From: Deltaproteobacteria bacterium
Lineage (GTDB): Bacteria; Myxococcota; Kuafuiibacteriia; Kuafuiibacteriales; Kuafuiibacteriaceae
Assembly: GCA_040218735.1 (NCBI GenBank)
Contig: JAVJQW010000070.1
Coordinates: forward strand, 384,001 to 448,000
DNA length: 64,000 nt
Reading direction: 5' to 3'
In this document: positions 1 to 9,783 of the stretch, piece after piece
Layout of the letters: each line of letters begins with the position of its first letter
Position numbering within the stretch: position 1 is the first letter of the stretch
Made by a program: the position numbers and the translations under genes
The notes under the pieces: generated by a model
Seen by the model: only the letters and a program-made list of their open reading frames with translations
Told to the model about the DNA's origin: nothing
The model's database searches: none

Positions 1-794
1 GAGAAGAGCGCGGGGAGCGACTGCGTCACGACGGTGATGAGCGGGAACAGCGCGTTCTTCACGGCGTGCCCCCACAGCACCTGCCGTTCGTCGAGCCCCT
101 TGGCCCTCGCGGTCTGGACGAACGGCTCCGCGAGCGCATCCCGGACCGCGTCACGGACGAAGCGGCTCCAGCGCGAGACGAACACCACCATCAACACCGC
201 GACCGGCAGCACGGCGTGGTACACGCGATCGAAGAAGCCGGTGTCGTCCACCGACGTGACGCCGCTCGCCGGGAACCAGCCGAGCGTCACCGCGAACAGG
301 AACACCGCGAACAGCGCGGTCCAGTGGCCGGGCGTTGACAACCCGAGAAACGTCAACGCGCGCGCAACGCGATCCACGCGCGGGTCCGACGCGGCGAAGG
401 CCCCCAGCGGCACCGCCACGAGCAGCGACAACAGCATCGCCGGGAACATCAGCGCGAACGTGATCGAGAACCGGCGCCACAGCAGCGGCGCGACGCGCTC
501 GCGATGCACGGACGACCACCCCAGGTCGCCGAAGAGCACGCCCGAGCCCCCGGGCCACCAGGCGCAGAGGTCCCCGTGGTTCCCGAGGAGCCAGCACCCG
601 TAGCGTTCGACGCCCGATCGATCGAGACCGCGCAGCGTGCGGATCCGATCGATCGCCTCCGGCGTCAGCGACGGGTTCTGCGCGAGGATCTGCTCCTCCA
701 CGCTCCCGGGCATCACGTGCAGCAGCGCAAACGACAGCGCGGAGAGGACGAACAGCAGCACGCCGATCCCCACGATCCGCCGCGAGAAACGCAT
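1..794 (-). CDS. Peptide/nickel ABC transporter permease (DppB/OppB family); 3' end runs off the window
   Basis: Translated by hand (absent from the ORF track): MRFSRRIVGIGVLLFVLSALSFALLHVMPG...GDLGWS...EPFVQTARAKGLDERQVLWGHAVKNAL (EAA-type motif). Several TM helices; GGAG upstream of ATG 794. Confidence 0.9.
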   Translation of the reverse strand, partial: MRFSRRIVGIGVLLFVLSALSFALLHVMPGSVEEQILAQNPSLTPEAIDRIRTLRGLDRSGVERYGCWLLGNHGDLCAWWPGGSGVLFGDLGWSSVHRERVAPLLWRRFSITFALMFPAMLLSLLVAVPLGAFAASDPRVDRVARALTFLGLSTPGHWTALFAVFLFAVTLGWFPASGVTSVDDTGFFDRVYHAVLPVAVLMVVFVSRWSRFVRDAVRDALAEPFVQTARAKGLDERQVLWGHAVKNALFPLITVVTQSLPALF

Positions 795-837
795 CAGCGT
801 TGCTCCTTCGCCGCGCGCGTGACCACCATCGCGCCCC

Positions 838-2007
838 ATGGAAGCAAAGGCTACGCCGCCCCTCGCCGACGTGCGACTTCCCGACGGCGTCGTCGATCAC
901 CCCCCGGCCCGCGCGGGCGCCCTCGCCCGTCGCCTCCGCACCATCGACGACGTCCTCGACCGCGCGGGTTACGCGCGGGTCTTCACGCCGACCTTCGAGC
1001 TCCTCGACGTCCTCGAGCCGGGCCTCGGCGAGATCGCCAAACGCGCCGTCTTCCGCGTGGTGGATCCGGCCTCGGGCGAGGTCGTGGTGCTGCGCCCCGA
1101 CTTCACGGCGCAGGTCGCACGCATGGTGTCGGCGCGCCTCGCCGAGCGATGCCGCCCGCTGCGCCTCTCCTACAGCGGCCGCGTCGCCCGCGCGCGGGAC
1201 CCCCGCGGTCGTGACCTCTTCGCGCGTGACTTGTTCCAGACCGGCGTCGAGCTGATCGGCGCCGACGCCGCGTGGGCCGACGTCGAGATCCTCACGCTCG
1301 CGCTGGAGGTCTTCGAGCAGCTGGAGTGTGAGGTGACGATCGCGATCGGGCACGCGGCGTTCGTCGACGGCCTGCTCGATCCGAAACACGACGTCCGACG
1401 GGTGCGCGACGCGCTCGCCGAGAAGGACCGCGCCGCCGTGGAGCGGCTCGCCCCCGAGGTTCGGCCGCTCCTGGATCTGTACGGGGACCGCAGCATCCTC
1501 CACGAGGCGCGGCGCGTCCTGAACGGACCTGACGTCCTCGCCGCGCTCGACCGCCTCGATGCGCTCGCGGACGCGGTGGAACGTGTCGCGCCCAACGCTC
1601 GGCTCACGTTCGACCTCGGCGAGCAGCGCAGCCTCGGCTACTACACCGGCCCGTTCTTCCACGGGTACGTGCAGGGCGCGCCGGACGCCGTCCTCGCGGG
1701 CGGGCGCTACGACCGGCTGCTCGGGCGCTTCGGCGCGGAGGAGCCCGCGACCGGCTTCGCGATCGACGTGGGCGCCCTCCCCGACGGCGCCGAGGACGAA
1801 GCGCCGCGCGGCGTGGTGGTCGCGGACGACGACCCTTTGGACCCCACCGTCGTGAAGCTGCTGGAGACCTTGCGCGACACGGAAGGTCGCGCCGTCGTGG
1901 TCGCCACCGATGGGGCGTATCGCTACGCCGAGGACCATGGGTTTCGCGCCGTGGTGACGCGTGACGGTCGCCAACGATCGCTCGCATCCGACACCGAGGT
2001 GTCCTAG
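838..2007 (+). CDS. hisZ: ATP phosphoribosyltransferase regulatory subunit HisZ
   Basis: HisRS-like motifs LPDGVVD, TPTFE, LRPDFTAQVAR, FQTGVELIG, YYTG, GGRYD, ATGFAID; lacks a full HisRS anticodon domain. Confidence 0.88.
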   Translation: MEAKATPPLADVRLPDGVVDHPPARAGALARRLRTIDDVLDRAGYARVFTPTFELLDVLEPGLGEIAKRAVFRVVDPASGEVVVLRPDFTAQVARMVSARLAERCRPLRLSYSGRVARARDPRGRDLFARDLFQTGVELIGADAAWADVEILTLALEVFEQLECEVTIAIGHAAFVDGLLDPKHDVRRVRDALAEKDRAAVERLAPEVRPLLDLYGDRSILHEARRVLNGPDVLAALDRLDALADAVERVAPNARLTFDLGEQRSLGYYTGPFFHGYVQGAPDAVLAGGRYDRLLGRFGAEEPATGFAIDVGALPDGAEDEAPRGVVVADDDPLDPTVVKLLETLRDTEGRAVVVATDGAYRYAEDHGFRAVVTRDGRQRSLASDTEVS

Positions 2008-2019
2008 GCTCTCGCTGGC

Positions 2020-3306
2020 TTGGCGAAGGCTCCCGCCATCTTCGTGACGTTGGCCGCGAGCCTCGCGGCCGCGCCGTCGTACGCCGAGCCCGTCGACGTC
2101 GCCATCGCCGCGCGCGGGGTTCCGGTGAAAGGCAAACGCGCGAACCGCGTCGTCGACCTGCTGCGCGACGCCGCCGCGGAGCGCTCCGAGCTGCGGTTGT
2201 TCGACGCCGCGAAGGAGCGCCGCCTGTTCGCGACGCCGGCCCCCCGCGATCCGAGGAAGGCCGTGGAGCGTGCGACGAAGATCGTGGAGCGCGGGCAGGA
2301 GTCGCTGCGCAACTTCGACCTCGCGGACGCCGAGCAGAAGCTCGCGCGCGCCTTCCGGATCCTCAAGCCGTACCTTGGTCTTCCGGAGGCGCTCGAAGCC
2401 GACACGAAGCGCCTCTACCTCGGCGTCGCGCTCGCCCACGCGCAGCGCAACGAGACGGCGATGACCAACCTCCTCCTGGAGTACGCGACGCGCTACCCGG
2501 ACCGCCCCCCCTCCGACGCCGGGTGGCCGCCGGACGTCATGGAGCGCCTCGACAGCGTGAAGCGCCTCCCGCAGAGCTCGATCGTGGTGCGGTCCGAGCC
2601 CTCCGCGGAGACGTTCGTGGACGGCACCGCGCGCGGCCCGACCCCGCGCACCGTCTCGCCGGTGCCCGCCGGACGGCACCGCGTCGCGCTGGAGGCCCCC
2701 GGCTACTACCGCGCGACGAAGTGGGTCGACGCGCAGGCCGCCAAGTCGGTCGACGTCACGATCCCGCTCGCCCCGGACCTCGGCGACCGCCTCGCGAAGG
2801 ACGACGAAGACGCGCCCTCGGCGGAGACCGTGGCGGCGGTCGGGCGCATCGCGCGCGAGCGCAACATCGGCGCGGTGCTCCTCGTGCATCCGCAGAAGGA
2901 CAACCGCATGCGGGTGAGCTTCGTCTCCACCGGCGAGCGGCCGCGCGTCACCGCGGCGTTCGAGGTCGCGGCCTCCAAGGACGGTGCGAAGACCGCGATG
3001 TCGCAGATCGCGCTGCACCTGAAGACGCTCGAAGCGAAGCGCCCAGACGTCCCGATCTGGGCGTGGGTCGGCGCGGGCGCGGGCCTCGCCGCGGTCGGGA
3101 CCGGCGTCGCGCTGCGCATGGTCGCGCTCGGAACGCAGGACGAGTTCGAGCGCCGCGCCGGCACCGTCACCCAAGCGGACGCGTTCGACCTGCGCGACCG
3201 CGCCGAATCGCAAGCGCGCGGCGGTGCCGTGTTGCTCGGCGCCGGCGTCGCGACGATCGTCGGCGTCGCAAGCTGGGTTGCGCTGGATTGGATCGAGGGC
3301 GAGTGA
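2020..3306 (+). CDS. Secreted PEGA-domain protein with C-terminal hydrophobic helices
   Basis: Signal peptide; helical/TPR-like N-terminus; PEGA motif VRSEPSAETFVDG..RGPTP....VPAGRHRVALEAPGY; two Gly-rich hydrophobic segments at the C-terminus. Confidence 0.75.
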   Translation: MAKAPAIFVTLAASLAAAPSYAEPVDVAIAARGVPVKGKRANRVVDLLRDAAAERSELRLFDAAKERRLFATPAPRDPRKAVERATKIVERGQESLRNFDLADAEQKLARAFRILKPYLGLPEALEADTKRLYLGVALAHAQRNETAMTNLLLEYATRYPDRPPSDAGWPPDVMERLDSVKRLPQSSIVVRSEPSAETFVDGTARGPTPRTVSPVPAGRHRVALEAPGYYRATKWVDAQAAKSVDVTIPLAPDLGDRLAKDDEDAPSAETVAAVGRIARERNIGAVLLVHPQKDNRMRVSFVSTGERPRVTAAFEVAASKDGAKTAMSQIALHLKTLEAKRPDVPIWAWVGAGAGLAAVGTGVALRMVALGTQDEFERRAGTVTQADAFDLRDRAESQARGGAVLLGAGVATIVGVASWVALDWIEGE

Positions 3307-3530
3307 TGCGACGCTGGTTCGTGCTCACGCTGCTGTGCTCGGTCGTCGGCGTCGCGTGCCTCGACGACTTCGACGTCGAAGGCGAGACCTACCCTTGCCG
3401 CAAGGACGCCGACTGCGTCGACGGCTACCGCTGCGACGTGGTGCGCTGGGTCTGCGTCGAGTCGTCGATGGCGACGCTGGACGCCGGCTTCCCGGACGCG
3501 GGCACGAGCACGACGAGCACCACGTCCTGA
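3306..3530 (+). CDS. Small Cys-rich lipoprotein (74 aa)
   Basis: TGATG overlap with the upstream stop; lipobox GVAC; CRKDADCVDGYRC...C motif; DAG/Thr-rich tail typical of myxobacterial lipoproteins. Confidence 0.75.
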   Translation: MRRWFVLTLLCSVVGVACLDDFDVEGETYPCRKDADCVDGYRCDVVRWVCVESSMATLDAGFPDAGTSTTSTTS

Positions 3531-3546
3531 GCTCGGCGGGGCTTCG

Positions 3547-4110
3547 CTACCACGTAGACTCGACGCGAGGGGCGTAACGCCCCAAGAACGCGTCCCGCCG
3601 ATCGGCGTCCGCGAACGCCGCGCCCCACGCCGGGATGCAGATGCTCCGGGGCGAGACCGAGGCCCCGAAGCAGTCCGGCCTCTCGGCACGCAACGCGATC
3701 GCGAACCCGAGCGCGAACCAGAAGAAGTGCGCGAACGACGACGCGATGAGACAGCTACCGTCGTCCTGCACCGCGGACCGCTCGATGCCATAGTCGTCCA
3801 CGAGATCCAGGGACGAGGCGAAGAAGACGGGGCTCGTCAGGTCCTCGCGATTTGCGGCGGAGACAAACGCATAGAAGCTGCGTTGGTTCTCGACCCAGAC
3901 CAGTCGTCGGTCGCGCTCGGACTTCCGCAATGGCTCATCGACGCGCGCGAACCGATCCTGCAGCGCTGGGTCGCGCGACAGTGTGTGTTGCTGCATCGAC
4001 GATAGGACGTCCGTGATCGACTGGGCGTCGCCGGGGCAGCGTTCGGACAGGAACGCCCCGAAGAAGCGGCAGGCGGACTCCAGCGAAGCGAAGTCGAAGG
4101 GCTCGGTCAT
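3547..4110 (-). CDS. Hypothetical protein, weak SUKH/SMI1-KNR4-like resemblance
   Basis: 187-aa ORF filling the gap downstream of the kinase; LVWVENQ..F...SPVF...IASSFAHFF pattern. Confidence 0.55.
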   Translation of the reverse strand: MTEPFDFASLESACRFFGAFLSERCPGDAQSITDVLSSMQQHTLSRDPALQDRFARVDEPLRKSERDRRLVWVENQRSFYAFVSAANREDLTSPVFFASSLDLVDDYGIERSAVQDDGSCLIASSFAHFFWFALGFAIALRAERPDCFGASVSPRSICIPAWGAAFADADRRDAFLGRYAPRVESTW

Positions 4111-4123
4111 GACGACGCGCGGT

Positions 4124-6172
4124 TCAGCGCTGGCGGAGATCCATCATCACCGTCTTGTATGCGCCCGCCTTCACGTAGACGACGCTCTGCTTCGTCACCC
4201 CGGTGTTGGGGTTCGTCAGCGTGACGGTGTGTTTGCCGATCGGGAGCTCGATGCCGGCCTGCGGCGTCTGGTACGGCCACGCCTTGCCGTCGATCTTGAT
4301 CTGGCCCCACGGCTTCGCGCCGACGTTCAGGAAGCCGGTCTGGGTGGTGCGCTTCGCGACCGTGCGGCGCGGCGCGCGGCGCCGGCGTTCGACGCGCTTC
4401 GGCCTCGTCTTCACCGGGCGCGCCACGACGCGTTTCTCCGGCGGCGGAGCGGGCGGCGCGACCTCCACCGGCGGCGGCGTGGGCTTCGGCGCCTTCGCCG
4501 TCGGCGCGACGCGTTCGCGCTCCACCGGCGGCGCCGCGGCGGGCTTGGCTTTGTCGATGGTGATCGTCACCGGCGCGATCGTCGTCGGCGCCGGCTTCTC
4601 GATCGTCTCGGGGGTGTCGTCCGAGCCGCTGGAGAACGCGACCAGGCCCGCGACGAGCAACACGAGCGCCCCCACAGTCGGGATCACGACGGCCGGTCGC
4701 TGGTAGACCGGGCGCGGCGCCGACGTTCGCATCACGGTCTGCGCGGTGTTCGGCTGCGTCAGCGTCTGCAGGTTCATGCCCGCCGGCGCGAGCATCGGGT
4801 TGGATCGCGCCGCGGTCGCCGCCGCGTCGTCCGACAGCGCCTTGGGCACCACCGGCGGCGGTGTCGGCGTGGGCTGCGCGGTCTCGGCTTCGAGGAGTGA
4901 GGCGACCTGCACCTCCTTGCCCTCGATGTTCGCGCCCGTCTCCTCGAACATCGGCGGCTGCGCGACCGTCGCGTCGTCGTCGACGTGGACGTCCTCCGGC
5001 ATCGGCCGATCCGGCTGCGACGTGGAGCCCTCGCCTTCGAAGACGTCGGCCTGATCCTCGATCCCCTGCGCGCGGACGTTCTTGACCTCGGACTGCGAGG
5101 CCTCCTCTTCCTGCGAGATCGCGATGTGCCGAGCGTCGAGCCCGGTGTGGTCGTCGCGAAGCGCGGCGAAGTCCACGACGTCGAAGAGCGCGACCTCCTC
5201 TTCCTCGCGGATCAGCTCGCTCTCTTCCTCGTGTTTCTCCCACGAGAACGCCGTGCCGAGGTGCTCGACGAGCGCCTCGCGACCGTCGAAGTGGACCTCG
5301 TCGAGGAAGCTCCCGATCGCCTCGCACAGCGCCTGCGCGTCCTTGTAGCGACGCTTTTTGTCCTTCGCGAGGCAGCGCGCGAGGATGCGATCCACCTTCT
5401 TCGGGATCGCGCGGTTCGCGCGGCTCGGCGGGACGGGGCGCAGCCCCTGCACCCGTTCGAGCGTCGCGATCGGGTTCTGCGCGCGGAAGCAGTTCGTCCC
5501 CGTGAGCAGCTCGTAGAGCACGGTGCCGAGCGAGAAGACGTCGCTGCGCGCGTCGAGGTCTTCGCCGAGCGTCTGCTCGGGTGACATGTACGCGAACTTG
5601 CCGCGCAGCGTGCCGGTCTGGGTGTGGACGCCCTGCGTCTCGTTCATCCGCGCGACGCCGAAGTCGAGCACCTTCACGGCGCCGTCGTAGCCGACCATCA
5701 CGTTGCCCGGGCTGATGTCGCGGTGGACGATCCCGAGCGATCCGCCGTGGTCATCGACGAGCCGGTGCGCGTGCCCGAGGCCCTGCGCCGCGAGGTAGCC
5801 GATGTACAGGCCGATCTCGAACGGCAGTAACTCTCGCCCCTTCTTCTCGTTCTTCAGGAGGTGCGAGAGGTCGCGGCCGCGGACGTATTCCATCGCCAAG
5901 AACGGCCGATCCATCTCCTGGCCGTACTCGTAGATGGGTACGACGTTGGGGTGGTGCAGCTTGCTCGCGATGCGCGCCTCGCGTTCGAAGAGGCGCTCGC
6001 GCAGGTCCTCGTGACCGAGCGACGATCGCATCATCTTCACCGCGACCCAGCGCGCCGGCTCGGCGCCCGCTGCGCGTGTACGCGCACGATAGATCTCGGC
6101 CATGCCGCCGCGCGCAATGCGGCGTGTGATGATGTACTTGCCAAACGCGACGGGAGATCGCGCTTGGTTCAT
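4124..6172 (-). CDS. Membrane Ser/Thr protein kinase with C-terminal PEGA-like domain
   Basis: IARGGMAEIY, VAVK, HRDISPGN, DFG, YMSPEQ, DVFSLG; acidic/Pro-rich linker; one TM helix; C-terminal GFLNVGAKPWGQIKIDG...LPIGKHTV. Start taken at ATG 6172. Confidence 0.93.
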   Translation of the reverse strand: MNQARSPVAFGKYIITRRIARGGMAEIYRARTRAAGAEPARWVAVKMMRSSLGHEDLRERLFEREARIASKLHHPNVVPIYEYGQEMDRPFLAMEYVRGRDLSHLLKNEKKGRELLPFEIGLYIGYLAAQGLGHAHRLVDDHGGSLGIVHRDISPGNVMVGYDGAVKVLDFGVARMNETQGVHTQTGTLRGKFAYMSPEQTLGEDLDARSDVFSLGTVLYELLTGTNCFRAQNPIATLERVQGLRPVPPSRANRAIPKKVDRILARCLAKDKKRRYKDAQALCEAIGSFLDEVHFDGREALVEHLGTAFSWEKHEEESELIREEEEVALFDVVDFAALRDDHTGLDARHIAISQEEEASQSEVKNVRAQGIEDQADVFEGEGSTSQPDRPMPEDVHVDDDATVAQPPMFEETGANIEGKEVQVASLLEAETAQPTPTPPPVVPKALSDDAAATAARSNPMLAPAGMNLQTLTQPNTAQTVMRTSAPRPVYQRPAVVIPTVGALVLLVAGLVAFSSGSDDTPETIEKPAPTTIAPVTITIDKAKPAAAPPVERERVAPTAKAPKPTPPPVEVAPPAPPPEKRVVARPVKTRPKRVERRRRAPRRTVAKRTTQTGFLNVGAKPWGQIKIDGKAWPYQTPQAGIELPIGKHTVTLTNPNTGVTKQSVVYVKAGAYKTVMMDLRQR

Positions 6173-6308
6173 CGTCGTTCGCGGTCGCTTCTCGGCTGCG
6201 CGCACGTGTCCAACCTGGTGATCCAAACGGATCACCGCACGCTGAGCGTACGGCCTGCGCTGTCATCCGTCCATCCGCCCGCGGTGACTCGCGTCCCCGC
6301 ACGCGTGT

Positions 6309-7829
6309 TCAGTCGGACGTCAGACGCCAGGCCTCCGCGTTCCAGGTCACCGGGGTGGTGGTTCCCGTAGGGCGCCATCCTTTCAGGCGTTTGGGTCGCA
6401 CGCTGACGGCCGGTCGGTACGCGAGCGGGAGGAGCGGGAGGTCCCGCCGGAACAGGCGCTCGACCGTGCGTAGATGATCCCCCCACGCGGTGGGGTCCAC
6501 CGTCGTCTGCGCGCGGGTGAGACTTTCGGCCACCTCCGGATCGGCGTAGCCCGTGAAGTTCCGGGTGCCCCCCTTCGTGAGCGCGCTGGCGCCGTCCCAA
6601 TCCGGCCGCCACCGAAACGCGAGGAGGGTCAACGGCGCGGGAGACTCGCGGAGGTGTTTCATGACCACGGCCGGCGGCGCCGCCGACAGCTCCGTCGCGA
6701 GGCCGCCCTTCTTCAGCGCGTCGGCGACGAACGCCGCCGCGCGCGCGCTGGCCTGGCTCCCGGACATGTACTCGAGGCGGATCGGATCGGCGCCTTCGAC
6801 GAGCGTCGCGAGCGGCGGCGCCTCGGGTGCAAAAGCCGCCTCGACGTGGCCCGGGTGGCGCGGCGGGTAGAAGCCGGTCGCCGGGCGGGCGCGCGGGCCG
6901 TAGACCAGCGCGCAGAGCGCGTCGCGATCCACCGCCGAAAAGATCGCGCGCCGGACTTCGACGCGCGCGAGCAGCGGGTGCGCGAGGTTCGGCGACAGGT
7001 GCAGCATCAACCCCGAGTCCGCGTACTCCACGACGTGCGTCGGCTCGAGCTGCGACGCGAGGTTCTGCACGCGCTCGAGCCCGAGCCCCGACGCTTCACC
7101 GACCGCGTCCACGCCGCCCGCGACGAGCTCGGCTTCGAGCGCGTCCTCGCTCGGGAAGAAGCGGTAGACGATGCGCTCGATCGTGGGGCGCGTCCCGCCG
7201 AAGTGCGGGTTCGGTTCGAAGATCGCGTGCTGCCCCGGCACCCACTGGGTGAGGCGGTAGGGCCCGGAGGCCGGCGCGCTGGTCCGGGCGACACCGGCGA
7301 ACGCGGCGCCCGTCGGCTTCGGGTACGCGTGCGCGGGCAACACGGCGTGGACCTTCGGGGCCGCGAAGTCCGCGAACGGCTGATCCCACGTGACCTCGAA
7401 GCCGCCCTCGCCCGCGCGGATCGAGGCGCGCCGAGCGACGTCGTGGTTGGGGGTGTCGAGCTGGTCGTCGGCTTCGATGCCGTGCGCGAAGACGACGTCC
7501 GCGCCGGTGATCGCGGCGCCGTCGGACCAGCCGTAGCCGGGGCGGAGGCGCCACCGAACCGTCATGCCCGCAGTCGACGTCTCGGCCTCGGGGACCGCGG
7601 CGGCGAGGCGCGGGACGACGCGCCAGGCGTCGTCGTGCTCGGTGAGCTCGAGGTAGGCGAGGCGCGCGAGCTCTTGCGAGGCCGCATCCGAGGCGAAGGC
7701 CGGATCGATCGAAGCGGGCTCGGTCGTCGTCCCGAACACGAGCTGCGTGACGCGCTTTTCGGGGCTGCACGACTTCGGCGCGCAGGCCGCCGGGAGCAGG
7801 AGCATCATCACTGCGGCCGCCCTGTTCAT
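6309..7829 (-). CDS. Peptide/nickel ABC transporter substrate-binding lipoprotein (family 5)
   Basis: Lipobox PAAC; SIDP, LRPG..WSDG..ITGADVVF, SGPYRL..W..G, NPHF, VRRAI..AVDR, NFTGY.DPEV. Confidence 0.9.
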   Translation of the reverse strand: MNRAAAVMMLLLPAACAPKSCSPEKRVTQLVFGTTTEPASIDPAFASDAASQELARLAYLELTEHDDAWRVVPRLAAAVPEAETSTAGMTVRWRLRPGYGWSDGAAITGADVVFAHGIEADDQLDTPNHDVARRASIRAGEGGFEVTWDQPFADFAAPKVHAVLPAHAYPKPTGAAFAGVARTSAPASGPYRLTQWVPGQHAIFEPNPHFGGTRPTIERIVYRFFPSEDALEAELVAGGVDAVGEASGLGLERVQNLASQLEPTHVVEYADSGLMLHLSPNLAHPLLARVEVRRAIFSAVDRDALCALVYGPRARPATGFYPPRHPGHVEAAFAPEAPPLATLVEGADPIRLEYMSGSQASARAAAFVADALKKGGLATELSAAPPAVVMKHLRESPAPLTLLAFRWRPDWDGASALTKGGTRNFTGYADPEVAESLTRAQTTVDPTAWGDHLRTVERLFRRDLPLLPLAYRPAVSVRPKRLKGWRPTGTTTPVTWNAEAWRLTSD

Positions 7830-7910
7830 CGCGCATTGGCTGGATACCACGGCTGGCCGCGCGTTGCCGCGCGTTGCCGGACCGACGCGCGAGTGGGATG
7901 TTCGACGGCG

Positions 7911-8495
7911 GTGCGGATCTTCGGGCTCGTGGTGTTGCTGGTGTTCGGGGGCGTGACCGTCGCGCTCGCGCACCGGTTCGAGCACCCGAAGGTCCTGCGG
8001 ATCGGCGTGCAGGCGGAGCGCCTCGTCATCGCGTGGAACTTCGACGTGAACCCGGGCCCCGACGCGCTGCGGACGCGGGGCCTCTTCGACCGGGACGCCG
8101 ACGGGCGGCTCGACGACGGTGAGCGCAAGAAGCTCGAGAAGTACCTGCTCGACACCACCCTCCTCTTCCTGCGGATCCGGATCGACGGCGCCGCGGTGGA
8201 TCTGACCGGGGCCCGCGTCGAAGCCCACCGGATGGATCGTCCGGCGGCCGACGACTCGACGCTCGGGATCTCGGCGTTGGTCACCGTGCCGCGACCGGCG
8301 GGTGCGTTCGAGCTGGTGGTCGAGGATCGGGACAAGGACGCGACGAAACACGTACCGGTCGTGGTCGACCTCGCCGTCGCAGAGCCGGTGGCGCTCGCTT
8401 CCCAGGGTGAGCTCGATCCGGCGGCGCGTCGGATCCACGGCATACGCCTCGAACGGGGCCGTCCGTTCGTTCTGCGGCTCGGCGCGCAACCTTGA
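7911..8495 (+). CDS. Secreted hypothetical protein with N-terminal His motif and EF-hand-like loop (DUF1007-like)
   Basis: GTG start; signal peptide ending ALA-HRFEHP; W.FD followed by DRDADGRLDDGE. Confidence 0.6.
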   Translation: MRIFGLVVLLVFGGVTVALAHRFEHPKVLRIGVQAERLVIAWNFDVNPGPDALRTRGLFDRDADGRLDDGERKKLEKYLLDTTLLFLRIRIDGAAVDLTGARVEAHRMDRPAADDSTLGISALVTVPRPAGAFELVVEDRDKDATKHVPVVVDLAVAEPVALASQGELDPAARRIHGIRLERGRPFVLRLGAQP

Positions 8496-8534
8496 ACGAC
8501 GGGTGGACCCGTGCTACCCCGCAAGGCGGTTCAG

Positions 8535-9719
8535 ATGGCGAAGACGATCCTCGTTGCGGACGACAGCAAGACGATCCAGAAGGCCGTCGAACTGACTTTC
8601 GGATCCACCGAATATCAGGTCGTGGCGGTCGGTGACGGCCAGTCCGCGCTGGCCCGAATCCAAGAGCAGCGGCCCGACGCGGTCCTCGCGGACGTCGCGA
8701 TGCCGGGGCTCGACGGGTACGACCTCTGCGCGCAGATCAAGAGCAACGCCGCGACGAGCGGCATCCCGGTGCTGCTGCTCGCGAGCGCGTTCGATCCCTT
8801 CGACGACGGGCGCGCCGCCGCCGCGAACGCGGACGGCCACATCAAGAAGCCCTTCGACACGCAGTCGCTCCTCGCGCTCGTGGCCGACGCGACCGGAGGC
8901 GAGGCCCCGCAGGCCAACGCGCCGCTGTCGTTCGCCGCGGCGTTGAAGAAGCGGCAGGAGCAGGAGCAAGCGGCGCAGGCCCCGGCCCCCGAGCCGCCCG
9001 CGCCCGTTTTCGAGCCGCCGGCGCCGGCGTTTCAGGCGCCCGAGCCCACGTTCCAGCCCCCGGAGCCTGCGTATCAGCCTCCGACGCCCGTGTTCGAGCC
9101 GCCGGCGATGGCGCCGTCGCTCGAGCCGCGCCCGCCCGCGCCCGCGGCGGATCTCGCGGCGCCGACGCCCGCTTCGGATCTCGAGGCGCCCGCGCCGGCG
9201 ACGATACCGATCGACCCGCCCTCGATGGGCGCGGTCTCGGACGACATCATCATCGACGAGCCGGACGAGGTCCTCGAGGAGATCGAGGTCATCGAGAGCG
9301 GCGACATGATCCCGACGGGGCCGACGCTCGAGCCCCCGACGCCGCCTTCGGAGATGAGCGAGCCCCGTCCGAACGTGGACATGTGGGCGCTCACCGACGA
9401 CGCAAACGCGGACCCCGTCGAGGAGATCGCAATCGACGAGCCCGAGGACGACATCCTCGGCGCCAACACGCCGGACCCGATGCACGTGGCCTCGGTCGTC
9501 GCGGACGCCGCCGCGCATGCCGCCGCCGAGGCGATGGCCGACGCCGCCGCGGAGCCGGTCGCAGCCGCCGCGCAGGTGGCCGTGCCGGGCCTGCCGCGCG
9601 AGGAGCTGCTGCAGATCGCCCGCGAGGTGATCGAGCAGGTCGCGTGGGAGGTCGTGCCGGACCTCGCGGAGACGATCATCCGCGCCGAGCTGGATCGCCT
9701 GGTCCGCGAAGAGATCTAG
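8535..9719 (+). CDS. romR: RomR-like polarity response regulator
   Basis: Receiver domain (ILVADDS, LADVAMP, KPF); long Pro/Glu-rich linker; C-terminal REVIEQVAWEVVPDLAETIIRAELDRL matching the RomR C-terminal motif. Confidence 0.88.
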   Translation: MAKTILVADDSKTIQKAVELTFGSTEYQVVAVGDGQSALARIQEQRPDAVLADVAMPGLDGYDLCAQIKSNAATSGIPVLLLASAFDPFDDGRAAAANADGHIKKPFDTQSLLALVADATGGEAPQANAPLSFAAALKKRQEQEQAAQAPAPEPPAPVFEPPAPAFQAPEPTFQPPEPAYQPPTPVFEPPAMAPSLEPRPPAPAADLAAPTPASDLEAPAPATIPIDPPSMGAVSDDIIIDEPDEVLEEIEVIESGDMIPTGPTLEPPTPPSEMSEPRPNVDMWALTDDANADPVEEIAIDEPEDDILGANTPDPMHVASVVADAAAHAAAEAMADAAAEPVAAAAQVAVPGLPREELLQIAREVIEQVAWEVVPDLAETIIRAELDRLVREEI

Positions 9720-9783
9720 TTCGGTTTTCGGACTTCGTTCGGTTTTCGGACTTCGTTCGAATTTCGGACTTCGTTCGAACTTC
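9719..9783. repeat. 18-bp tandem repeat, about 3.5 copies (GTTCGGTTTTCGGACTTC)
   Basis: Units start at 9719, 9737, 9755 and 9773 (partial); the array fills the gap between the convergent romR and yraN stops. Confidence 0.95.

Noticed and set aside
838-2007. Histidine--tRNA ligase
   Set aside because: The motif pattern and the lack of a full anticodon-binding domain fit HisZ better.
151-3213. Long antisense ORFs (for example 151-3213, 11812-14307, 24384-27125, 39599-41428, 60914-63004)
   Set aside because: These are Arg/Gly-rich shadow frames of real high-GC genes and carry no recognisable motifs.
9719-9783. Possible mini-CRISPR array
   Set aside because: The units are contiguous with no unique spacers, and no cas genes are present.
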